Shown here: positions 1 through 17,763 of the stretch, in pieces
Position numbering within the stretch: the stretch's first letter is position 1
Layout: each line of letters begins with the position of its first letter
Source: the human T2T-CHM13v2.0 reference genome, Homo sapiens
NCBI RefSeq assembly: GCF_009914755.1
Contig: NC_060925.1
Reading direction: 5' to 3' (one strand)
Length of the DNA: 64,000 nt
Program-made: the position numbers and the translations under genes
The notes under the pieces: generated by a model
The model's database searches: none
Seen by the model: the letters and a program-made list of their open reading frames with translations, nothing else
Told to the model about the DNA's origin: nothing

Positions 1-429
1 ATGTAGTGTGAGTCATAAGACATAAAAGTCAGAAAAGGAGTCTTAAGAATTAAAAAACTCAAGAGTCAGAGAACCTGAAGTTGCACTCAGTTATATAACC
101 TTAAACTTTCTTGCCAAAATTGGGTACTACTTGGTCAACAGGATCAGAAATATTGTATAGCCATGGGCCTGTTAGTAAAAAATGAGGACGGGCCATAACT
201 GGGAAACAAACAAACAAAAAAAAATGTGTTTATCATAAAGTGTTGTCATAGCTTGACTCGGGGTGAGACACTTCAGTTTCTCGGTTCCTACATTTGTAAA
301 ATGGGAATTATTACTTGTACATCACATGAGCAGTGTGATGTTCAAGTAAAACAGGTGCTACAAATTTGTATTATCTTTTGAGAAATTATTCTGTGAATTT
401 CAGTTTCACAATTAGGCAAACTATACTAC

Positions 430-486
430 ATAAGTTTTCTTTTCCCAAATAAAGATTTTTCTGCATAAGTGACCATACTCCAAAGC
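430..486 (-). other. Candidate exon (strong acceptor, weak donor; may be terminal)
   Basis: branch-like CTTAC plus T10-CAAG acceptor; donor TAT|gtagta is weak. Confidence 0.3.
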
Positions 487-931
487 CTTGAAAAAAAAAA
501 TTCGTAAGCTAAAAGCCACTTCTGCCCCAACTGTTACTGAATTTCTCAAACTTCTCCTTTCATTATAATTAATTATTTCCAAAGAAAGGAACCCTACTTG
601 GGGTGACCATATTGAGGACTTTTTAATTTGGTGTGAGGAGATAATAATACAATTGTTTTCCTCATCCATTGTTGGGATTTTATTTTAAATGACAGTCATA
701 CCCTTGAACAGTATAAAATTGTTCTTCATTCCATTTATGTTAAGTATATCGAGGGAAATACTACACATTCGCATCCCAAAGCAAATCTTTTTAAGTGAGC
801 TTTTAGGCTGACCATAATGAAGAGACTTATCTGTTCTGTTATTACTGAAATAAAAGGGATAGGAACATAGGTGTACATGATCTACATGCATGAGGTGTTA
901 AAAAATTAGAAAACAAATATCATACACTTAC

Positions 932-1004
932 CTTGGTAATAGCTTTAATGAAATCGATGGTATAACTTTAGTAATACTCATTTCATATAGAACTTCCCAT
1001 ATGA
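932..1004 (-). other. Candidate exon of a minus-strand spliced transcript
   Basis: acceptor 'cacttctctatcag|', donor 'AAG|gtaagt'; 73 nt; non-repeat sequence. Confidence 0.4.
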
Positions 1005-1149
1005 CTGATAGAGAAGTGTACAAAGGGCAAACCTTCAAATTAGTCTTAAATCTTCCCAAGATCATATTTCAGCAATGATATTTCCTACTCGACAATTAAT
1101 ATTAACAGTTTTCAGGACCATACCAGTCAAAGAACATAGTCTGTATTGT

Positions 1150-3700
<2,551 letters not shown>

Positions 3701-3705
3701 GATGA

Positions 3706-4193
<488 letters not shown>

Positions 4194-5380
4194 TAATTGC
4201 AACTTTTTAATCCACCTAATAAGGTCCACTTTCCTCAAACCAGGTCCAAAAAGTCCCCAACTTATATATCCCTATATATTAATGGTGTAGAGAAACCCAA
4301 GTTCAGGGCTTTTAGTGAGCCAACTGCCCTGATTTCCAGTGTACTATGACAATTAGAAAGGTAACTCCTGGCTTCCCAACCCCAACCACTTATTCATTGA
4401 ATCCTTGTAGTAATATGCCTTAAACAAAAGTGAAGAGTTACTGATACCCAGGACTACTAAAGTTGACAGCTCCTTTCCCTTCTGAATGCGAAATAATAAA
4501 CACTATTGTAAACTCTAGAATGGTATTTTTAAAAATAATAATACTATTAATAATGCTTCAGGTTCAGTATAAATTAACTCGACTAGACTCATAAGCCTCA
4601 CCAATGTATATGAAGATTTTGAGTTCCAAACAATTAACTTAGAAATGAATTTTTTGAGGCAAGCATCTCATGAGTTGTAGCTAACATGTATCCAAGTCAG
4701 GCATTTCCTAGACTAACTCTGCACAACCTCTTATTACTATTCTTAGGTGAAATTTATTAATAGTATTACCACCTTCATTTATTATAGAAGAAAAGTTATA
4801 AAGTATTTAACAAACTGAATTTATTGAAGCTCTTAGGAAACTATCTTTAAATTATTTTATCAGGACCTGCCTTTTAATATTGACTGAGATAGTGTTGTTA
4901 AGGAAAACATCCTCCTGGCATGTTGTCCTTTTTATACTTAGCAGCAATATCATGAATTTCAATCTGAAGGTAAAATCTCCCTCAACAAGACATGTGAAAT
5001 ACTTTTAAAATAAAGAGAAGATGGAGGTGGGGATTCGGGATCAATATCTTCCCTGAAAGTTTGCCTTTCTGAGTTGTTTCACACCTCAAAGCTCATAGAG
5101 TTAGCATTCTATGTTGATTTAAAATCCAGTTTAATAAAAATGTTGTCTTCCAGTTTGTGGACAAAAGAACTCAGATAAATTTTGACACCTTTACTACCAA
5201 ATCTGAACATATCCAAATATTTCTAAAATTCAATGGGTCGATGATGATATTTGTATATCTTGCTGTTAAACTTTTAGTAAGAAAATACAGTAAAATTCTC
5301 AAAAATAATACAGCACAGCAAAAGATCTTCTTCTGCCTTTTTCAGGTGATTTGCCAAAAATTGTAAATAAATTTTCTTAC

Positions 5381-5743
5381 CTCTGACCAGTTTCTGCTTG
5401 TTCTCCCTTATCTTTGTTCCTCAATCTGCCAGACATTGTAGAACTTAAAACAGTCCTTGGAGTTCAGAACAAAGAATAATTGAAGCAGAGTGTCACCAAC
5501 AGATGGTAATCAGTGGAGTCAAATTTTCTTCAGAGATTCTTTGAGGATTCTCCTTTGGACTTCAAGAAAGAGTGCTGTGTTTGTGTAACCATGTGGCATT
5601 GCATGGGAAATAATTTCCCAACCCCACCTACAAGATACTCCACGTAAATACAGTCTTCCTTGTATGGCAGCTCTGCTCACACCCATTTAACACTCTCAGG
5701 AGAATGAGTAATCACATCCAATGAGCAATGTCATTAGAATTTT
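5381..5743 (-). other. Candidate exon, 363 nt
   Basis: acceptor 'tttatgtttccttccag|', donor 'GAG|gtaaga'; all frames contain stops. Confidence 0.35.
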
Positions 5744-6075
5744 CTGGAAGGAAACATAAATGATCATCTAACATGATGATAATAGTTCAACAAAATCAGC
5801 AGCCCCATAAGCAACCCTAATCCTAACGTAAATAGAGAGATTATCAAAACAAATTGCTGTGTGCCAAGTTTTGCTTTCCTAAAATATGAGAAAATAACTA
5901 GCCAAACATTACATGCATTTGTATATGATCAATTCTAGAAGGGGAAAAGTGCAACATTCCAGCAAATAGAACTCAGTCAAATACCAGGTCAAATGGTATA
6001 ATTCCACAGCACAAGTTCATATGAAACAGAGACTTGTAACTCCAAAACAGATGACAAACTCTCCCCATCTCTTAC

Positions 6076-6251
6076 TATTGCAAATTATAACAAGATAAAA
6101 ATGAACAAGGACTGAGAGTTCTTCTGGGCTTCAAAAGTATGGACATCATCTTTCTCTCTGCTGTTGTTTCTGATGTCACAGACCCAAGTCTTAGGCAAGT
6201 AAGACTTGCCAAAAAATGGTCTGGTAAGACCATTTTTGCTTGTAATCTTCT
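6076..6251 (-). other. Candidate exon, 176 nt
   Basis: acceptor 'ctttctgttccttctttcccag|', donor 'ATA|gtaaga'; frame 0 open for 58 codons. Confidence 0.3.
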
Positions 6252-6354
6252 CTGGGAAAGAAGGAACAGAAAGAAGGATCTGTGAAACTGATCAACGTCT
6301 TCTTAGTTTGGTGAGAACTTATATGTTTCCTTTGTAAAAAGGATGCAGTCTCAC

Positions 6355-6437
6355 CTGACTTTCTTCATTCACGGTGCATAATTCCAGAAGTTTCTTCCCT
6401 TCTTCTCGAGACTGCCAATCAGGACAGCTGGGCTTGG
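6355..6437 (-). other. Candidate exon, 83 nt
   Basis: acceptor 'ttcctcctttccattccag|', donor 'CAG|gtgaga'; open phase1-to-phase0 frame KPSCPDWQSREEGKKLLELCTVNEESQ. Confidence 0.4.
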
Positions 6438-7556
6438 CTGGAATGGAAAGGAGGAATTTGGACCCATGATCCTGTCCATTTGCCTGACTGTATGCAAGTG
6501 ACTTAATAAAATTACTGCATCAGTGTGTAGTGACTTCTTTCTGCCTGCTGCACAGCTGTTTCCTGGGCCTTCCCTTCACTTCCCTCTTGGACTGAGTTGT
6601 GGATCAGGAACATATGACATTAGTATGTATACTGTGCATAGTAATTATACTGTGTTCTCCCTATGGTTACTTAATAAAACTACCAAATAGGTGCTGCTAA
6701 TTCAGATTCTGTGATGATGTAGGTACAGCCATTGATTACTACACAACCCATTTATATGCCTATCTGATTTTTGACACAAACATGTTGTACTTCCTCTTTA
6801 AATAAGCAGGCATTAATTATTACATAATGTATGCAGGAATTCATGAGGATAGGCTTAATATTAGAATTAGTAGGAAGGTTTTAAATCAAGTGGCCTACTA
6901 TTGAGCTAGAAACAACTCACTCCAGCAAACCAGCTGGCTTAACTACTCCCAGTTTGTGAAAGAAAAAAAAACTTTAACATTTGAGTCACTGTATCATTTC
7001 ATGCACAAAGACTTCATGGACATACCAGAAAGACAAGCTTTACCACATTTGCATTTATTCTTTTTTATAGTTGTTGTGATTTTGCCAAGTGCTTTATGAC
7101 CATTTTTTATTAGCTAGGCCTCTCAATAGTTCTGTGAGGTATAGATTAGGAGGTAAAACAGGTACTATAAATGATGAAGCAGGAAGCTAACTCTACAGGG
7201 ACATTTTATTCCAAGAACGCCTGTGTGGAAGAATGCACTTTCCCATGTCTGCCAGAGGCACCAGGAAATAAAAGTCAGTCTGCATACTACTGAGTCATTT
7301 ACAAAAGCCATTTTCTTCATAAAGCACATATGCATCTCTCCTCACTCACTCACTCTTGCTTTCTCTCTCTCAAATCAAAAGCGAGCAAAGCTCAAGTGAG
7401 TCTATATTTCAATTCAGAAACATTTATTATCATATGTCATCTCCCTTGTTAATATCGTATTTTTTTAAAATCCTCAGTCAAGGTGATACCTTGTTGATAT
7501 CTTTAAATATGAATTATAAGCCACACTAAACACTTCTGTAATCATACCTTTCTTTA

Positions 7557-7943
<387 letters not shown>

Positions 7944-8839
7944 CTATTACTGTCTCATTTTACAGATAATGAAAGCTAATGTTGAAAGAACGTTTCTAAT
8001 GAAATTAGTCTATAGACAAACTCCATCTTTTAGAGAAACTCTTTGTCCAAAAACTGGATTTCATGGTTCTTAAAGATGAAAATAGAAAACTAAAACTAAA
8101 GAATAATTCTCTATGGACATTTATACAAATTGAAAATAAATCTGTCATGATTCTGTTAATGAACCCATTGACTATTTTTCATTTTATATTCATTTTATTG
8201 TGTATTTGTGGTATGATACTTCACTTAACATACAGTTTTTAACCCTTATGTAAAAAATATATGTGAAATAGTTTTGTTCTTTAATGGAGCATGGGGGCCT
8301 AAAGGGAAAAAATGCCAATGAAGATAAGCCATGTACATAGTCAAGATGTACATTATTGAAATGGATTCTAGAACCAGCTGCTAGGGTGGAATTGATTTGG
8401 CATTATTTTATGATGGGCTCAATCACTTGCCCTGAATCAGTGTTCAAATCTCATCTTTTTTGGTTTGCCCATTGTGTTTTCTACTTCTTCTCCAAGTTGC
8501 CTCCTCTGGTTCTAGGCTATGCTATGTAGTTGCCCTTGACTTATCCAGATCTTGCCCTATTCCTTTGAATGAACAAAGCCTTCAAAGATAGCTTCCTTTT
8601 GTTTTCAGCTATCTTGCGTATTTTTCTGCATGCCTTCACCTCTCCCGGATGACCATATGTGTCTTGGCTCCCAAAGCCAAGGAGTAGTTGATACATATTC
8701 TTTACATGGTTATAAAACTAATAATATTCTTTGCTAAAGTTTGGCTTCTTTGCCTAAACTAGTATTATTTTCATCACTAGAGACCATATAGTTTCTGCCC
8801 TCATGGAGATTATAGTCTAGTTAATAAAGACCAAATATA

Positions 8840-9985
<1,146 letters not shown>

Positions 9986-11059
9986 AGGAAATCACCCTGC
10001 ATATTCCATCCTATGAACCTCAGCTAATAGCATTATAATTTCCAGGCATTGTAGGAAGACAACTGAAGTTTTTGAGGCATGCTTTTGGCTTACTGGTACA
10101 CTAAGAGCCCATTGCTTGGTAAGGCTTTCCAGACTCAGGTTATCAGAAAGACAGATGAAATTTTCAGACTTTATCCTCTTCCCTGGGCTTTCTTTAATGA
10201 TTGATTGCCCCCAGGAGACCCTTTGCAAAAGTGAAAGATAGAGCCCCATTATTTTGGTAATATGTACCAAAAAGCTTAAAACACATAGCAATAACAGCAA
10301 CCATAAATTCCACCAAAAGAAGAGGACAGTAGTGTCCTTGCACTCACCATGGAGGCATTAAGATGCTCTCTGATTGTCTCACATTCTATGACACTAATTC
10401 AGGGGTACTATGGGGGTTATGGGAGTGGGTGGGTGCTTGGCATCTTAATAAAGCTTGGATAGGATCTATAGAATCACTAAAATTAATTGTAAGAGCACCC
10501 CAACATGTCCTGAAATCAGGCCTTAAGTCCTGTAAACATAAGGGCAGAAGTCCCCCCAGCCAGACACACACACTGCAATGGGCACCTCTGGTTATAAACA
10601 GTTCCTATAAGAAGCACAGAGTAGATTAGCCATTGTTGACTCACTCTGCCCTGGGCTGTCCAGTCAGATTCAGGCATGTGCTAATTAGTATGACAGGACA
10701 GAAGCTTCTTGAGCTGAGATCTTCCGTTTAGACCCTCCATTTAGTTTGCTTGGCAAGCACAGAATCAAGTTCAAGTGGTAAGTTTAAAAACACGATATTA
10801 AATGCTACCAAATACTAAGGCCAGCATAGGTGAAACTCGAATCATCATAACAGAAGGTAGAAATATTCCTATGGAAACTTTACTGTGTCCCTACTCCCAT
10901 CTTTTAACAAAGAAGTCTAAAAAACAAAAAAAAGTGAAATAATAATGAAATGTCAAAAAGTCTCTAATAATTAAACTATTCCTATGTGTTACCTCACTAC
11001 TTTATGCTACAATGCCCCTAGAAACCCCTCACAGCAAAGGCCCTCAAATTGGAGACTGG

Positions 11060-12105
11060 TTAGGAGCCTAGGACTGTGGATAGTGGCCTCATGCCTGAAG
11101 CCATGGGGGCCGACCTGGAGCCTGGGGCTATGGGGCCAGCCTGGAGTCTGGGTGTTTGGGTGCTGGCCTGGAGGTTAGGTGCAAGATCTGGCCTGGATAC
11201 TGGGGCAATGGGAGCTGGCCTGGACTTGGATCCACTGGGGCAGTCCTGGATCCTGAGTCTGTGGGGCTAGCCCAGTACTAGGGTATACTGGGAGAGCCTG
11301 GACCATTGGTATGCTGTAGTATAGGGATGTAGAGCCCAGCTTGGAAGATGGGGCTGCAGGGACTGGCCTGGTATTGGGCAAGCCTGGATCCTGTATCAGT
11401 GGGTGCTGGCCTTGGGCCTGAGGCCAGAGGACTTGCCTAAAGCCTGGGGCTGTGTGGGCCGACCTGGCTCTGGGCTGGTCTGGAACCTGGGGCACGCATG
11501 AAACCTGGCGCTCCAGGGACTGGCCTGGCCTGCATGGGCCTGGAGTCTGACTGGAGGCCAAACTAGAGGCTGGGAGATTATATCTGCAGGGAAGTTCTGA
11601 GGCTGGAGTCTGCAGAAGCTGGCCTGGAGCTGCGGTGGGTGGGCCTGGAGCCTGGGGCCTGGGGCAACAGAGGCTGTACTGTTGGAACCTAGGGCTGTCT
11701 TGGAACCTGGGACAGTGGAGGCCAGCCTGGTGCTGGAGTGGGCCTGGAGCCCAGGTCTGCAGGTGCCAGGCTGGTGGCTTGGTCTAGCCTCGTGCTGGGG
11801 TTCACTGAGATGGGCCTGATGCTGGGGTGTGCAGCAAAGTTGGGTGCTCACTTCATTCTCCTTCCCTCATGCGAAGGGTATCTCTCTCTGAGCTGCTCTA
11901 TCTGAGCTTGGGGAAGGGTGTAATATGAAACTGTCCTTCCTACCCTCTTCAATGCATCTTATTTCCATGCTTCACCCAGGTGGCATAATCTCTCACCTTA
12001 GTTCTTGTGAAGGTATTTTCTTGCATGGATGGTTGTTCAAATTGATATTCCTGTGAGGGGATAAGCCCTGGAAAGTCCTATTCTATCATCTTGCTGATGC
12101 CATTC
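11060..12105 (-). mobile_element. L1M (L1MA-era) 5' end with GC-rich degenerate repeats, antisense
   Basis: ends in 'atcatcttgctgatg' (reverse of L1M 5' start CATCAGCAAGATG); degenerate 'tggagcctggggct' arrays. Confidence 0.7.
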
Positions 12106-13617
12106 TCTATTATATTCTTTATCTGCAAACTTTCTGGCTACTCTGTGAAATTAGGGAGACCAGTAATTGGAGGATAAAAGGGCCAGATCGCTATATATTT
12201 AGATTCTAGAGTGATTAAAGTTTGGGGACACAATAGATGTAAACTCACAAACCCAGGCTCAACACCTGCCCCAGCAGCAGGCCAGCCCCAAGCTCCACAC
12301 TGGTCCTTGTGGTACTAGGTTCCAGTAGACTCACGGTCCAGGCCTGCTCCAGGAGACTCAGGATCCAGGCCCACCACCATAGTATACCCTGGTGCTAGAC
12401 CAGTCCCTGTAAACTGAGACTCCAGGACCACCCCTGCAGATCTATTTTCCAAGCCAGCCCCTATGGACCTAAGACCCAGGCCTTCCCTCACAAATTTAAT
12501 CTCCAGGCATGCCTTAGCACCAGATAGGCTCCTGTGGACTCAGGCTGCAGGACCATCCCAGTGGACCCAGATGCCAGGCCAATCCCAGTACCTGAATGAC
12601 CCCTGTGGACTCAGGCTCAAGGCTCACCCCAGCACCAGGTTAGCTCCTGTAGACCCAGGCTTCAGGCTAGGTCACACAGACATGGGTTCCCAGCCTGCAC
12701 TCACAGACCTAGACTCTAGGTGCACTCCCATGGACTCAATCAACAGGTTCCACCCCAGTGAATTCAAGTGCTAGGCCCAACTCCATGGACCTGGTGCCAG
12801 GCCCACCTACCTGCTAACCCAGGCACTAGACCATTGTGCCTAAGAATGAACAGTAAGCCTATCCACAAACCATACCAGACAGCTTGCCAAGAATTTCTGC
12901 ATAGGCTGACTGGTGAAGGGCTTTTCCCAAACCAAGTCAGTATGCAAAGACTGGAATAAATCTCTACTTCAAATGTGCAGACACTAACAGCCACAGAGAT
13001 CAAGCACAATCAAGGAAATAGGACACCACCAAAGGAACAAATTAAAGCACGAGTAACCAATCCTAAAGAAATGAAAATTTATGAACTCTCTGACAAAGAA
13101 TTCAAATTAATTGCTTTAAGGAAGCTCAGCAACTTTTAAGTTGTATAGCATGGTGCTTTATTATACATATACATTGTAAAATAGTCACAAAAATCACACT
13201 AAATAACATATCCATCAGTTCAAACATTTGGTTTTGTTTGTGTGTGTGTGATATATATACTTGAGATCTCTTCTCTTAGCAAATGTAAAGTATACATCAC
13301 AGTATTATTAACTATAATCACCATGATATACATTAAATCCCTGGAATTCATTCATCTTATGATTGAAAGTTTGTGCTCTTGAAGCAACATTTCTCCATTT
13401 CTCCCACACTTCAAACTTTGGTAACAATCCTTTTACTCTCTGTTTATATGAGTTCAAATTTTTTAGATTCCACATATATGTGGGATCAAGCAATGTATGT
13501 TTTTCTGTGTCTAGTTTATTTCCTTTAACATAATATGCTCCAGGTTCATTCATGTTATTTCAAATGGCAGAAATTCCTTAAAGCTAAATAATATCTCATT
13601 GTATATAAATACATGAC

Positions 13618-13973
<356 letters not shown>

Positions 13974-14039
13974 TGATTCTGTATCTTGGCTATTGTGAAC
14001 AGTGCTGGAATGAACATAGAAGTGCAGACATCTCTTTGA

Positions 14040-14442
<403 letters not shown>

Positions 14443-15115
14443 GATTTTTATTTTTTGAGGAAACTTCACACTGTTTTTCATAATGGCTATTCCAATGTAA
14501 AATCTCCCCTCCCCCAATAGTGTACAAGGGTTCCCTTCTCTCCACATTTTCACCAATACTTGTAATCTTCTGTCTTTTTGATAACAGCCATCCTAACAGG
14601 TGTGAGATGACACCTCATATTGGTTTTGATTTGTATTTCCCTATTGATTAGTGACGTTGAGCCCTTTCTCATACACTTTTTGGTCATTTATAAAAGTGTA
14701 GTTTTGCATGCAATAGAAATTATGTTCTTATCAGCTTAAAATATACTTTTTTAAACTATGAGATATTTATGTACTCCTCATGGTAACCACAAAGAAAAAA
14801 GCTGTAGTAGATACACAAAAGACATATATAAAGGAATCAAAGCATACCAAATCATTAAATGGCAAAGGAAGACAGTAAGAGGAGGAAAAGAACAACAAAG
14901 CAATACAAAAGCAACTAACAAAAATGCCAATAGCAAATTCTTACCTATCAATAATTATTTTAAATATAAGTGAATTAAATTATCTAATCAAAGATATACA
15001 ATTGCTGAATGGATTTTTAAAAACTATATCTGACCATATGCTGCCTATAAAAGACTCACTTAAGCTTTAAGGACACATACACATTGAAAGTGATGGAATG
15101 GAAGAGAATACTTTA

Positions 15116-15341
<226 letters not shown>

Positions 15342-16745
15342 CTTTAAGCAGAAAACTGTAATGAGACACAGAGAGGGTCATTATATAATGATAAAGGAAT
15401 CAATCCATTAAGAGAACATAACAATTGTAAATACATATGTACCCAATATCAGAACACCTATATATATATAGTAATTAACAGAACTAAAGGGAGAAACGAA
15501 GAGCAATATAGTTGTAGTGAAGGATTTCAATATCTCACTTTCAACAATGGATAGAACATCCATACCAAAAAATAAAAATAAAAAATCAATAAGGAAAGAG
15601 TGGATGTGAACAACACTGTATACCAAATAGACCTAACAGATACATATAGAATATTCTATTCAACAGTAGCAGAATACACATTCATTTCAAGTGCACATGA
15701 AATATTCTGTAGCATAAATCATATGATAGGTTACAAAACAAGTTTCAGCAAATTTGAGAAGATTGAAATCATATCAAATATCTTTTCTGACCACAATGAT
15801 ATAAAACTAGAAATCAATAGCATAGAAAATTGGAAAATTTACAAATATGTGGCCATTAATACATGTCTGAAAAGTCAAAGAGGAAATGAAAATAAATTTT
15901 AATTGTATTTATTTATTTATTCATTTATTATTTTAACTTTTATTTTAGGTTTAGGGGTACATGTGCAGGTTTGTCGTATAGGTAAATTGCATGTTACAGG
16001 GATGTGGGATACAAATTATTTCACTACCCAGGTAATAAACATAGTACCCAATAGGTGTTTTTCCTGATCTTCCCTGTCCTCCAATCCTCTGCCCTCAAGT
16101 AGTCCCCAATGTCTGTTGTTCCCCTCTTAGTGTCCATGTGTTCTTGTTGTATTGCTCCCACTTACAAGTAAGAGGATGCAGTATTTGGTTTTCTGTTCCT
16201 ATGTTAGTTTTCCCAGGATAATGGCCTCCAGCTCCATCCATGTTGCTTCAAAGGACATTATCTCATTCTTTCTTATGACTGTGTAGTATTCCATGGTGTA
16301 TTTGTAACACATTTTCTTTACACAATCTACTGTTGATGGTTATTTAGGTTGATTCCACGTATTCACTGTTGTGAATAGTGCTGCAATCAACTTATGCATG
16401 CATGTATTTTATAGTAGAACAATTCATATTATTTTGGGTATATACCCGGTAGTGGAATTGCCGGATAGAATGGTAATTCTAAGTTTTTTGAGGATTTGCA
16501 ACTGTTGTTCACAATGGCTGAACTAATTTACACTCCCACCACCAGTTGATAAGCATTCCCTTTTCTCTGCAATCATGCCAGCATCTATAATTTTTCTTTT
16601 ACTTTTTAATAATAGTCATTCTGACTGGTGTGAGATGATATCTCATTGTGGTTTTGATTTGTACTTCTCTAATAATTAGTAATGTTGAGCATTTTTTCAT
16701 ATGCTTCTTGGCCACATATATGGTTTCTTCTGAAAAGTGTCTGTT

Positions 16746-17100
16746 GGCCAAGCACAGTGGCTTTTACCTATAATCCCAGCATTTTGCGGGACTGAGACAG
16801 GTGGATCGTTTGACCTCAGAAGTTTGAGATGAGCCTGGGCAACATGGCAAAACTCCATCTCCACCAAAATTACAAAAATTAGCTTGGTGTGTTGGTATGT
16901 GCCTGTGATCCCAGCTACTCTGGAGGCTGAGATGGGAGGATGGCTTTAGCCCAGGAGATGGAGATTTCAGTGAGCCAAGATTGCACCACTGCACTCCAGA
17001 CTGGGCAACAGAGCAAGAGCTTGTCTCAAAAAAAAAAAAAAAAAAAGAGAGAGAGAGAGAGAGACAGAGACAGAGGCAGAGAAAGAGACAGAGACAGAGG
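16746..17100 (+). mobile_element. Alu (J-type) with (GA)n/(GAGACA)n tail
   Basis: dimer, A-tail and purine microsatellite; TSD 'aaagtgtctgtt'. Confidence 0.92.
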
Positions 17101-17313
17101 AAAGTGTCTGTTCATGTTCTTTACTCACTTTTAGTGAGTTTTTTTTTTTTTTTTTTTTTTTTTTTGCTTGTAATGTTTAAGTTCCTTATAGATTCTGGAT
17201 ATTAGACCTTTGCTGGATGCATAGTTGGCAAATACTTTCTCCCATTCTGTAGGTTGTCTATTTACTCTGTTGATAGTTTCTTCTGCTGTGCAGAAGCTCT
17301 TTAGTTTAATTAG

Positions 17314-17763
<450 letters not shown>

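Noticed and set aside
5744-5878. Resemblance to a GREB1/TAGT-like glycosyltransferase motif (IIIMLDDH) or a transmembrane helix
   Set aside because: Needs frameshifts, the match is short, and flanking similarity is absent.
10984-12959. Pro/Gly-rich ORFs
   Set aside because: Derived from GC-rich L1M 5'UTR repeats.
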